From positions 13,888,001 to 13,952,000 of the forward strand of contig NC_081331.1 in NCBI RefSeq assembly GCF_022539665.2: a stretch of 64,000 nt of DNA. Reading direction: 5' to 3'. Shown piece by piece: positions 52,000-64,000 of this stretch; the stretch's first letter is position 1; every line of letters begins with the position of its first letter. A program made the translations under genes and the position numbers. Below the pieces are notes generated by a model. It saw only the letters and a program-made list of their open reading frames with translations. It ran no database searches and was not told the origin of the DNA. The stretch is from Daphnia carinata. Lineage: Eukaryota.

Positions 52000-54900
52000 A
52001 ATTGCTCCGGGTCTTTTTCTTTTTTCTTTTAAGTGGTGTCCTAAAAAGAAAAAAATTAAGGACTTCAATAAAGATGAAATAGGATTGTTTAAAATCGAGT
52101 AATTAAAAGTACGATTTGCGCTTGTGCGCACTTGCGTTTGTGCTCAGTTTTTTTTTGTTCATGGAAATGTTATGTGTAAGAAACCCGGTGGAGGGTAGCC
52201 GCCCCGGCCTTTTGCTCGTGAAATCGAGAGCTGTTAGTGCCGACTTTTATTCTTTGTGTGTGTGCGTTTTTTTTTTGATTCCCTCTCTTTTTGTTTTTTT
52301 GCTGTACGTACGTGCATGTCTGCGTGAATCCCCTTTCTTTCTAGTAGAAAGTTGTTGTTGTTTGTCGTTTGTTGTATCCTGTACCTCCATTTCCACACAT
52401 TGCCCTGGCCGCCCTTCCCTTTTTATGTCTTTCTCTCATCAGAATAAAAAGAAGAGAAGTAGAAAAAAAAAAACAATAAGAAGCTAGGGAAAAAAAAAAC
52501 AAAAACAAACTTGAAACAGAAAAATTCAGGAACATTCTGGAACTAGTTTCCAAGCGCCATGATATTGACGCCGCTGCACGCTCAGACACTTGCGATAAGA
52601 ACATGCAACATAAATGCGCAGTTTGTTATATGGATATACATATATATATGTACGCACACCATTAAGAAAAGGGGGGGGGGGGGTTCTACTTGCCAACTTC
52701 TGCGATGATTGCAACGAATCGGTATAATAAAAATAGACAGAAATTGAACGATAATTTGATTGTACCCCTCGGAGGAATCGTATCCTCGTTGTCGTTCGTT
52801 GGCCATAAACTGCCAAAAAAGTGCAACTTCATTTCCTTTTTTTTTTTTTTATTACTAATATTGCGAAGTAATTCAGTTTCTTGCCTTCCGGACGTGTGAA
52901 ACCCCCTGTCGAGTATGAAAGCTCGTTTTCACTCATTTTCTCTCGTTTCATTTATACGTCTTGATCAAATAATTGGCACGCCATGACGACCAATCGCAAC
53001 ATTTCGCATATCTCTCATAGAATTATTGATTTAAAAAAAAACAAAAAAAACGATTACCATTTTTGCACAATAATTGGAGAGGCAATGCGCAAATGTTCCC
53101 ATTTATTGAAACGAATTGTCTTTAAATTAAAATCGCTTGAATTTGACGGAGATATCCTTTCATTGCAACAACGGAGAAATCTTAAAAATGGCATAAAAAA
53201 AAAAAGTAGAAAGGGAAAGGAGAATATTAAGGTCAGCTGATGGTTATCGTCCATCGTTTTGAGATTTGTCAGGAAAAAAAAAAAAAAAAGCGAACACACC
53301 TCGACATGGATGACGAGCCCCACATCAACGCGAACGGCCGCCTTACTAGCCAGTTATTAGGGCGCTGCGGTAGATTGCCTAGATTTCGAATCTAATCGTG
53401 AGCTTTAAGCCAAGTGTTGGGAAATGATGTCATTTTCACAAAGTCAACTGTTTCAACTTCAACTGAAAATATGCAAATCGATAAGAGTGGAGGCTTTTTA
53501 AAAAAAAACCTGTGAGAAAACCTAAAAACAAAAATGGATATTCGATATCGACAATGGCTTCTGAATATTTAGTTCCATCAAAGACCAATAGATTTTAAAT
53601 GCAAAAGGCTTCAAGAAAAGACTAAAACAACAAAAGGAGGTAGCGTGCATTGGACGTGTGCCAACTTCAACTATTCCAATCGCTATGGTAACAAGCGATT
53701 TTTTTCTTTTTGAAAAGCAGTGTTCCAGCGAATAAAGAAAACTCGCGAGGACAACAACTGCTTCGATAAAAAAGATTCGATAATGAATTCACACGCACGC
53801 AGCAGCAATCGTTAAGGTCTTTGTCGTGCCGTTGTGTTCCCTTAGTTGTTACCTTGCTATTTGAACAGCAGGGGTTACGACAAAGTCAACTCGTTCACTT
53901 GTTTTCTCATTCTACTCACATAATAGGGCAACACGCAAGTCTATACTGTCGCCGGCACCAATTGTATAAACGATCACGTTGAACGTTCGTGCGTCACCTT
54001 GATATCGTCAACCTTTACGTCCCAAAAATATTTAGGACGCTTGGAGAACATTGTAGTTTTTAAAACCAAGTGCACAATGTGTGACAGCAAACGTCCATCC
54101 GCAATTCAAGATAATTGCGTGAAATTTTCGTCCACTCTTCGTTTTCGTTCAATTTAAAACACGCGCGTTCAGCGAACTGCGTTTTCAAAAAGCTTCGAGC
54201 CAAAGACTTTGATCGGACTTGTCGGATCGTCAGCTGTTTTGAATCAGCATTTTGTGTGCACACGTATAGGAGCGATCCATATACGTTTTTTTTTTTTCTT
54301 TTACACAACGCATAACGCAGTGAAAGTCGTTTTTGTAGATCTGACGTAATCCAAAAACAGGGAATGGCTGAAAAAAAAAAAATGCTACGTGACACGCGCT
54401 GCAGCGCTCGTTCCATTTAGTCAATGTTTACGTGCATTTATATGCAAATAGCTGAGATCAATGATTGACTGGGAGGTTAACGACATCGTACAACGGATAA
54501 AAGTTCTATTTTCACTATGCAGATGTATAAGGCAGCAAATGTTTGGAAAATAGAGAAACTAACGAGATCGTCAGAGAGGGACATGAAGTGGAATGAACCT
54601 GACGCATTTGGCTAAGCGTATAGGGAACAGATTGGCGTTGCAATCGAAAATTGGCTAGCAAATATAGAAGCGTTCATATCGTCTCTATAGTCTAAGTCTA
54701 AACAAATTTTCAAGCGAAACAGGTAGAACTTGTTGCGATGGCATGTATCAATTAAACCGCCTGAAGCAGCTTGAATAAGATACGAGCTGTCGAAATTATG
54801 GTGAAACTGTGCCCCCCCCTCCGCTAGTAAGAATAGATTAAGAATACGGGAAACTGATAGCAACAAAATAAATATTTCATTGCGGAGAAAACGCGAAAAA

Positions 54901-57399
54901 TCTTAAGGGTGGAGTCACATTGTTGTACTCCCGATACGGCCAGAGGTGATGGCGTAATTTGGCCAGCAGGCAAACACTTTTATTTTCATTTGCGCAAAAA
55001 ATAAAATAAAATAAAATAAAATGTGAAATCATAAAATGTTTTTTTATTTTTTAAGATTCGTCGATTGGATTTCAATTTTTTTTTTTTTCCAGAACGGTTA
55101 CGTCATAACGGTGCGGCGAGCAGGGCATCTGGTATACGCAGGTTGAAATAATCAGGAGCTGTACACGATTTTTCCTCTTTAGGCGTATTTTTAAGATAAT
55201 AAAAAATGAGTTTGCGTAGCCGCTAGGAACACAATCAGGTCAAGGAAGTATAATATCATTCACTTTTCTTTTTTGATTGGGAAATGGTGAGCCAGGAACA
55301 TTTTTCACGCACGTCGTGAAACGATGATGATGATCACATTTTTTTTTTTGCTTTGTTTTTTTTCTCAAAGTCACTTAGCGCAGACCTGACTGCAAGTTTC
55401 TACTGATGTCACGAACGGTGACGTGTCCGCTTTCGTCTTTTGTTTTTCCCCTCAAATTATAATTTGACATGAGATAGTGGAAAAAAAAACAAAACAGAGA
55501 GGGTATTGAAAGGAGGAGAAAGGGAAAATGTGATGATCGAAAAAAATAGCTGCTTTGATTGTGGCGCTGAAATTAGACAGCGATGGAATAATAGAGATTG
55601 GACGCGTTCGGCGTGACTCACGGGACAGCCATCAACGACCGCAAGATGTCTATACGGAGAAAAACCAGCTGAATTAAGACAAAGTCCTTTTCAATGTTCT
55701 TCTAATGAACAGCGTAGAGACTTGCTGGTCGTTTTAACACGACATTTGCCAAGGTTGAGGATGCTTCACTGAAGCACAAAAAAAAAAAAGAGCTTCTTCT
55801 TATATACCTGGAACTCGAAATAGGTCGTCATTTTCCCTTTCAGGTGGTTTAACATGAATAAAAGCATAGCGCACGGTTGCCCGCCAACGAGGACCAGCGT
55901 GTATCTTACCATCGGCTAATAATAGATTTTTACGAGCACACGGATTGCATCTTGCTGCTAGTGAGTTTTTAGACTTGAAAGATCCCCGTCTGATGGAGAA
56001 ACCACGAAGTAGACAAACCGCAAAAAAAAAATTGCTTTGTGTAATTATTGAAGGCTCATTGATCTGCTCGGCGTGATTGCGTATAGTTAAATGTACAGAG
56101 ATGGAGGCGAGATGTTGATTAGATATGGCCTAGACGACCTTCTCTCACCCAAGAGATGTGTTACATCTACAGCCAGCCAATCTGTTAGGTTGTATGGATG
56201 GATGTGACGGATACAAGGCCGTCAATTGCTGAATATTTTGACAATGATAATACCCGTATGTGCTACCCATACGGCCTTTAAATTCAATTTCTTTTTTCGA
56301 AAGTAGCATAGCGCAAAAAAAAAAAAAAAAACGAAAATGTTCCTCTGCTGGGATGTCAATTTTTCTTCAATTTCACCTGACAAGGTTATGGTACTGCAAC
56401 CACTTGAAGATTATAGGCTATATATAGTTAGCTTTCTCTTTCGAAAAAAAACCAAAACTGTTAAAGCTTTTTTGTTTAATAATAATGAGCCCTGTGACCC
56501 AGACACACTGCAACACTTGCCTGTAACAGCTATGGAAGTCAAACGGCTGCCGATTTCCTTTTCTTCTGCCAGCAAAAATGAAAAGAGCCAACATGTCTGC
56601 TAATATTTCTAAAAGGCTAACCTTTAAAAAAATATATAATTTTCTCTTTTTGTCGCTTTCTCGAAGGCCTTTTCTAGACGCCATCAAATTCAAGGTTGAT
56701 CAAGTTTGGGAAGGAAAACATGTACATCTCTTTTTTTGGCTCTAAGGTCAAAACCTACATTTTATTAAGGAAGGTTCTCGTGCCAATCGTAGATTTCTTA
56801 TCCCAACTCTGCTGGTCTTTTCACGCACCGCCTGCTCCAGTACATTCGATACAACAGTTTTCGTGTACGGTAAATTGGCCCTGAGATGCCAACGATGTTT
56901 TGAACGGACAGCGTAGAACCTTCTTTTTTGCGATGATTATCCTGCCCTACTTCCTCCTCGATATTATGTCAAACCGCACTGGTTAGTGTGTGTGTGTGTG
57001 TGTCTTGTGAAGTGAAAGCCCGAAACGGATCTAATAAAGAACAAAAATCCGAGAAGAGTCTGAAAGTCAAGTGGGCGTGGTCGTGATAGTTGCGAAAAAA
57101 AAAAAAAAAGGGAACAATAAGCTCGAACTAAAATTGCGAATATAGCTTATGGATATGTTGTTACGAAACAGCAGCGTCGATGGGGTTCCAGCGTGGCGTT
57201 TAACGACGCTGGGAATGGCTTGCAAAGAGGCGTCGTCGCGGCTGTTGTAAGTGGGTCAAACTGGGCAGAAAAGAAAAATTGAAAATAAAAGGAAAATGAA
57301 CGAGGAAAAGAAGAAGAAGAAGAATGGAAAAAAAAAATAGGTATTTCTATATGTTCCACTCTCTCACTTGCGTTCCACAAAGGAGAAAACTACCCTCGG

Positions 57400-57438
57400 T
57401 ATATAAGCCCGAGTGTCATCCAACTACTGGCATCAGTT
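57400..57438 (+). promoter_or_regulatory. TATA box and Inr of RR-1 gene B
   Basis: TATATAA at 57400-57406 and TCAGTT at 57433-57438. Confidence 0.8.
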
Positions 57439-57463
57439 CTTCAACTAACCAACTTCAGTCAAC

Positions 57464-58035
57464 ATGAATCTGGTAAGCGTTTAATCTGCTATAACAAAGA
57501 AATGTCTTTGAAATTCATTCCATTTTTTCGTTCAAATTCAAGTTCATCGTCGCCGCTGTCTTGGCCGTTGCTGCCGCTGCTCCTTCCAGCTACTCCAAGG
57601 ATGCCGAGATCGCCATCGTGGCCCAATCCGATGTCCGCAACGTCGATGGCAGTGGCGCATGGAGGTGATTTGATGATTCTTAACTTTAAATCATTTGAAA
57701 TCATTCCAAAATTTTCTTTTCAATTAAAAATTTTAAGTTATGCCGGCTCTGACGGAACTACCCGTGATGAATCGTACGCTCAGAAGCAATTGGCTGCCCA
57801 GTCTAGCTATGGCAAAGACGCTTACGGCAAGGAATACGAGTCCGGAGCTGGACACACCAATAAAGGAGCTACCTATTACATTTCTCCTGAAGGACAAAAG
57901 ATTACGTTGACCTGGGTAGCTGACGAGAATGGATTCCAGCCCAAGGGTGACCACTTGCCCGTTGCTCCCGTTCACGTTTACGAACTCCCAGTTGCTCCCG
58001 CCCTTCCCTACGTCCGCAGCGGACCTGGATTTTAA
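57464..58035 (+). CDS. RR-1-type cuticular protein B (142 aa); exons 57464-57472, 57543-57664, 57738-58035
   Basis: MNL|FIVAAVLAVAAA signal; QSDVRNVDGSGAWS/YAGSDGTTRDES...KGATYYISPEGQKITLTWVADENGFQPKGDHLP; same intron positions as gene A. Confidence 0.93.
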
Positions 58036-59142
58036 GAATAGCATTTATCTCCATTGCCTTCCAAAGAAACAAACCAGTCCCTCATACTCTTGAAATGTTT
58101 TTTTTTTTCTTTTCTTTCTCACTTACGTCGCATATGTCAATGTGATCTAATATATTCTTTCCTGCGGTGTAAATATTATACACGGTGTACCAAAATACAA
58201 ATCAAAAAACATAAATTTTTTCTTTCATTTTTAATTCTTTATTTGAAACAATCGAAGGTCGACGTTTGTATCCAACGACGATGGAAGAAGAAAAAAAATA
58301 TGAATGAAATAGGGACGCCTAATAATCAAAAGTTCTTACCCTGAAGGGCTCGATAGCGTTGAGGTCTCCTAGTCGTGGGAAATTTTCACTTTTGTTTGAA
58401 TCAAAAGAAACAATAGTTGTGAGGAAAGCCATGAAATTATGGTTACTTTGCTTTGTTTGTCTTTGTTTTCCCCACACACGTTTCTAGTTTACACGCCCGC
58501 AAATTTCATAATAGACTCTCACGCATATTGTTTACCATAATTCACTAGGACCCGCCAGACTTTCGCGAATTATTAAATTTTCGAAGCCAGTTTGCGAGTC
58601 TGCGATGCTTTGAAGCTCATCCTTCGATAGTTTTTGATTAAATTTTTGAATAACGAGGGAAGCCTCGAAATTTGTCATGATTGTTTCTTTGAAAACGTTT
58701 GATGGAGTTTATCGCACTAACCTAATTTAATCGGCCTTCAATGGCAATATTCAAATGTATTGATAACCCAACGATCGACAAACATCTCAGATGTGTTGAT
58801 ACGACTGTTCAATGTAGCGTGAAAGTGAAACAACAGACGCAGATGGATGAAACGATATATCAAATATAAAGGAAAAAAAAAACGAAATGGCATTGAAAAA
58901 TAAAACAAGAAAGCACAAGCCAGGAAAATCTGTGTCTGAAACGGCACGTTTCAATTTTCTCCCCTTTGGCTACAGTGAAATTTGAATGGAAATGAGCGTC
59001 GTTCGTAAAGAAGAGAGAGAAAAAAAAAAACACAGCGGGACGGCATGAACGAGGTACGTCCGTGAGCTACGGCGTCGGGGCTGCTAGGCTTTGCTATTGG
59101 GCACACGCAAATGACTTGTGCTTACTTCTTTGTGTGCGTTGC

Positions 59143-59238
59143 AAATTAGGTCAACAGAAGAAAGAGTTGAGACAGCAATCCCTCCGCCCCTTTGCCGACT
59201 ATATAAGCCCGGCTCGATCGCATCCAAAATCATCAGTT
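59143..59238 (+). promoter_or_regulatory. RORE-like site, TATA box and Inr of RR-1 gene C
   Basis: AAATTAGGTCA at 59143-59153, TATATAA at 59200-59206, TCAGTT at 59233-59238. Confidence 0.75.
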
Positions 59239-59263
59239 CTTCAACTCATCAACTCAAGTCAAC

Positions 59264-59840
59264 ATGAAATTGGTAACTTGAAAGAATTGCCAAACGCATT
59301 TCTTCTTAGTTCATACTCATTTCAATATTTTTAAATTTCAAACAGTTCATCGTCGCCGCTGTCTTGGCCATTGCCGCCGCTGCTCCTTCTAGCTACAAGC
59401 CGGAATACAAAGCTCCCGAGATCACCATCGTCAGCCAATCCGATGTCCGCAATCTCGATGGCAGCAGCGCATGGAGGTAATTGAATTTAATCAAATGGAT
59501 TTTTTAGAAAAACAAATACTTAAAAGAATCATCGATTGACAGCTACGCTGGATCTGATGGAACTACTCGCGATGAGGCTTACGCCCAGAAGACCTTCAAG
59601 GGAGTCACCTACGATTCTTACGGCAAAGAATCTTACGGTGATGTCCAAGGAAACACCAACAAGGGATCTTCCTACTGGATTTCTCCAGAAGGCCAGAAAT
59701 TCACTTTGACCTGGGTTGCCGATGAGGCCGGTTTCGCCCCCAAGGGTGACCACTTGCCCGTCCCTCCCGTCCACGAATACGAACTTCCCGTTGCTCCCGT
59801 CCACGTCCCCTTCGACGGCAAGGGCTTCAAGATCTATTAA
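59264..59840 (+). CDS. RR-1-type cuticular protein C (145 aa); exons 59264-59272, 59346-59476, 59543-59840
   Basis: MKL|FIVAAVLAIAAA signal; QSDVRNLDGSSAWS/YAGSDG...KGSSYWISPEGQKFTLTWVADEAGFAPKGDHLP; stop TAA at 59838-59840. Not listed in the ORF track on this strand. Confidence 0.93.
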
Positions 59841-62067
59841 ACGATGACGAATATCTCTTGATTAATGTGTGCCTTTCCACTTCCCCCATCTTATGTCCAT
59901 CCTCTCCATGCTGGCCAAGTTTATTTTCCCGTTGAAAATCATCACATTGTTGGTGTTCCTTCGAACTGTAAGGCCGTGCAATTGGTATTTATTTTCAGAA
60001 AATATATACTATCTGTTCAAATCTCTAAAAAAAGCTTCGTAATCTACAATTAAATTCAACGAATGACATCATTTATCTTTAAAAAGAAGAAAGAGAAAAA
60101 CGGACGTTGCCCTTGGCGAGCCTATTTGCAAAATTCGTGATTGCTGCGATTTGAACGCATTTTCCCAACCAACGGCAAAATGGCGTAGTCTTTCCACGGG
60201 CTAGTTGCTTTTGGAAAACCAGTTTAATGGCACCGTTGGTTTTCTCACGATGCGGTTAGAAGCTCTGTCTAAAACAGGTACAAAGCAAACTACACGTTAT
60301 TTGCACGTAAATGGCAATCGGATCACCCCCCAAGATAACGCAAAACGGCTGTTACTTTCCCTAGTAAGTTGCAGCGTGTGAGCCTTTCGTCATTGGCTCT
60401 ATACAATTAAGTAAAAAGAAAAAAAAACAACCTAATATGGTCCATGAATTATGGAGGTTGTTTGAATTTCACATTGGCAGCATTCTACTCCATATTAAAA
60501 AGCTATTGCATTAAAACGAAAGCACGCAAACAAGAGCCCCTCGTCCATAAGGCGAAAATTCATTACTCTTACAACAACACAGAAAAAAAAAGGATCTAGT
60601 TTTTTTTCTCTCCATACTCGTCTATTGCGATTGTTTATGGCCAAATGATTTTCCTTTGAATACACACAGGTTTCTTGATTCCATTATACGAATGTACGCG
60701 TGTAAAGGTAAGGAAAGCCCTGCTGAAAATGGGAATAGATTTTTTATTTCAAATTTTTACGGTTCTTACATCGCCATGTCTAATGTGAAAGCGTGTGATG
60801 TACTATCTTGTTTTTGTTTTTTTTTGTTTTTTTTCAACTGAAATTGATGGTCCGTGTTCATTGACTTTCGATGGGCCATAGAAACTCTGAAAGCGTCGTG
60901 TTTGAATTCTTGGAAAAGACGCGAATTTACCTGTATCATTGTTTCCCCGAAATGCCAGTCATCATCAACAGTTTCACCTGAGTCTGGGGTCGTGTCGGGT
61001 CATCTAACAGAATTGTGATGCCACGTGAACAACGGCATCAAAGTATGAAAGTCACGAGTGAAAGTCAACGACATTCGAAGGGACCCACCTTGACATGCGC
61101 AACTGATCAACTACTAGACATGTCTGCTGTCTGACTGTCGTTCTATTGACGATGCAAAAATTTGATGACGGATCATCAGAGGAGAGAGTGATAAATGACT
61201 GGTGTGATTTTCATCGATTCATCGATTGATCATCCTTACAGCCATTACAGAGTGGCAAGATGTTCATCCAGTTTATACAATTTACCTTTTTATTTTATCA
61301 GTTTACCTTGATGATGAAACGCAGCAGCCGTTGCAGGTCACGACTTGACGTGATGATATCATGATTGATAGTTTTACGTCTGATCGATCTGCACGTGCTA
61401 AATTTTTAGGCGTCAAACGACACGACAATGGATCCAACTGCAACGTTTTATGTGAAGGAGAAAAGATCGTTTTCCACGGAAAACCAGACAATGAGGAGAC
61501 AGTTTGCTTACCCTTCCCTCAGCTCGTCGTAAAGTAGGGAAAGAGGTAGGAACGGAAAGGGAAAATACATCATCCTTTTTATGACAAATATACTCCAAGA
61601 TAATTTGTTTCAAAGCGTCCCTTCTGCTGCCCAGACATAGCCACAGACTTTAGAGATACTTACAGCCATTTTGCGACTCCGTGCCACTTTGCTAATTCGC
61701 TCTCTCACGTTCGACTTTCGCGACATAGACGAAAATGAACGTGACCCAATGAAACACAATATTTTTTTTAAAATTTTTCCAATCTTCAGAAAGGGCAAAG
61801 CATTCCATTGATTGGTCGATCGAAGTTACTGAAGTATCGAGATTGAACAAAAGTGCCCAATTTTCTCAGTGGCATTCAAGGAAAGTGGGACTAAAACGAG
61901 GGACGATTTCACGCGTTCGGCCGCAGCCGCAGACACACGGATAGGCCTGCCGGGCAAGTTGGGTGACGAAAATTGTAAGAGAAAAAAGGGAAAAATATTT
62001 ATCGATGAGTGAACTAGGCCACAATGTTGTGTATACACCCTCGTTACGTTTCGTTTATCCGTCGTGG

Positions 62068-62104
62068 TATATAAAGGCGCGTGTGGGCTACGCAGAAATC
62101 AGTT
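62068..62104 (+). promoter_or_regulatory. TATA box and Inr of RR-1 gene D
   Basis: TATATAAA at 62068-62075 and TCAGTT at 62099-62104. Confidence 0.8.
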
Positions 62105-62137
62105 GATCATTTGTTCCTCATCGCCACCTGAACCAAC

Positions 62138-62805
62138 ATGAAACTGGTAAACATTTCGTTTGTAAATTGTGGAATTCGTTTTTTTTTTTTTTTTTACCAT
62201 CCAAAAAGGCATACGTAAACCTGCGAATAGGTAGACAGGTTTTTAGTAAGACAAAAAAAAGGAGTTTAAAACTTGTTCCCGTTGTCTAGTTTGAACTGAT
62301 TTGGTTGGGCCGAGTCAAGGGAAATCCCCGTTTGATTTTCTTTTTTTCTCTTCCTAATCCATTTGTTACAAATCCAATAGTTTGTGATCGCTGCCGTCTT
62401 GGCTGTGGCTGTTGCTGCTCCATCCGGATACAAAGGTCCTGCCATCACCATCACTGCCCAGTCTGACGTCCGTAACGCTGACGGAAGTAGCCAATGGAGG
62501 TAAACTATACGTTTATTTCGAATATCAAACGCCTGTTTAAACTAACTAAAAATGAATGAACCTGTTCCAGTTATGCCGGCTCTGACGGTACCACTCGTGA
62601 GGAATCTCAAGCCCAGTTGCCCGGTGGAAAGGACTACGATAACGGAGGTGGTAACACTAACAAGGGAGCTTCGTACTACATCTCACCTGAAGGCCAGAAA
62701 ATCAGTTTGACGTGGACAGCTGATCAAAACGGTTTCCTGCCTAAAGGTGATCACTTGCCCGTCGCACCGGCTCTACCTTATTCCCGCAGCGGACTTGGCA
62801 TCTAA
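62138..62805 (+). CDS. RR-1-type cuticular protein D (120 aa); exons 62138-62146, 62381-62499, 62571-62805
   Basis: MKL|FVIAAVLAVAVA signal; QSDVRNADGSSQWS/YAGSDGTTREES...KGASYYISPEGQKISLTWTADQNGFLPKGDHLP; AATAAA at 62875-62880. Confidence 0.93.
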
Positions 62806-63068
62806 ATTCATTGACCAGTTGAACCTTGTCCCTCACTTTCATTTTAATATATTGGACCAAATATAATCGATTAAAATAAATGCAACAATCAAATTCGACT
62901 TTTCATTTGAGGTCGAAATCCAATGTCAGGTTTTGGTAATACACTTTTGCCAAATGATTTCCAGTTAACTATGGAATGGGTTTAAATCAATAATGCATAC
63001 CCATTGAAACGCAATTATTCGTGTGAGACGTGATCAGATTTCATCAGCTTGTTTGCAATCAATTTTTA

Positions 63069-63140
63069 ATTCTACGCAATGTGATTAACATTGCGTAGAA
63101 TGTTAATCACGCAATGAGTGCGTGATTAATTTCTATCACG
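63069..63140. repeat. Chain of overlapping perfect inverted repeats
   Basis: Arms 63069-63082/63088-63101 (14 bp), 63081-63092/63099-63110 (12 bp), 63103-63113/63119-63129 (11 bp), 63121-63126/63135-63140 (6 bp). Confidence 0.85.
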
Positions 63141-64000
63141 ATTTAGTTTCTCCGATTTGCTTCGTTTTTCATGAGACTTTCAAATACACGTGATTACATC
63201 TGCAGACTCATTGCGTTTCTAAAACGCTTCGTTTTAGGAATTTTCAATGTGTCTCGATGCGGACGGACGCACAACAATCTTTTTTATTAGCCAAGTATTT
63301 CCGGGGGAAAACATAAAAAAAAAAAAAACGAGGGTTCGTAAAGTCAAGAAACTTTCGCCAGTTTCACCGAAGTACGCTTCGTTTATTCGGATTCTATTGT
63401 GACGTCGCACGTGACGTTGAATTCCAAATGTTTAGCACATAAAAATCGACAGACATTGAAGACCGGAAGCTAACGTGTTACTCGATTTCATCAGAAAGGA
63501 AACAATAACCTTATAAAGTTGCTACTTTGTCGCCAATCAAGATGGCACGAGGCCCTATTTTCCTTTTTTTTCTTCTAGATTTCATTTATTATTGTCATTT
63601 ACCACATTTGCTACTCACAAGATTTCTTTTTTTTTTATTCGCTTTCTTCGAGCTTTTTCTTTTTTCCCATTTCACCGTAACACGATAATCCCAACACGCA
63701 TATACACAGCCACCAACGGCAATTTGATAGTTTAACCTTTTAATTCATAATGGGAGGCGAAAGGTTTTGGAGTATGTACAGAATTGATTAGGCTTGACGA
63801 TTACAACATAAGCAAACACAAATAAAAACAATTAAGAAACACAATTAAAAGGCACATTTTTATCACATTTGAAAGAAAGTTGGGGGGCTGAGGCGAGAAC
63901 GATTTCACGCAATGATCGGAGCGTATAAAGAAGTGGGTGCGGTCTGCTATGAGGATGCGTGGCCACCCGGCAAAAAATTTTGGTGACAAAACAGACCAGG

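Noticed and set aside
57400..59272. Exact 1800-nt offset between genes B and C
   Set aside because: Introns and intergenic DNA are not alignable; the round number is coincidence, and only the TATA-to-ATG spacing is conserved.

Overview
Eukaryotic (arthropod) genomic DNA, most likely a Daphnia-type cladoceran. This is inferred from the many short GT-AG introns (most about 60-120 nt), the poly-A/T and (GA)n/(CA)n-rich intergenic DNA, and the type of RR-1 cuticle genes. The window is a cuticle/exoskeleton gene neighbourhood with 15 spliced genes, all predicted to encode secreted proteins. All models were built by hand from splice signals and reading frame. (1) A very large Thr-rich, mucin-like gene on the minus strand runs off the left edge. 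(2) Four closely related RR-1-type chitin-binding cuticle genes lie on the plus strand (21.6, 57.5, 59.3 and 62.1 kb). (3) A compact head-to-tail array of seven small two-exon minus-strand genes (22.9-34.3 kb) lacks the R&R domain; five share a short G-x-[NDR]-[FVI]-A-Y-[SAD]-type motif just after the signal peptide, and each carries a different tail, mostly low-complexity. (4) Three larger divergent R&R genes lie at 38-41 kb (+), 41.4-42.4 kb (-) and 48-52 kb (+). The seven-gene array is the best candidate for an uncharacterised system. Other notable signals are HR3/E75-type response elements at matching positions in RR-1 promoters, a mosaic RR-1 paralog, probably overlapping 3' UTRs, and a chain of interlocking inverted repeats at 63.07-63.14 kb. 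I recognised no tRNA, rRNA, CRISPR array or intact transposon.
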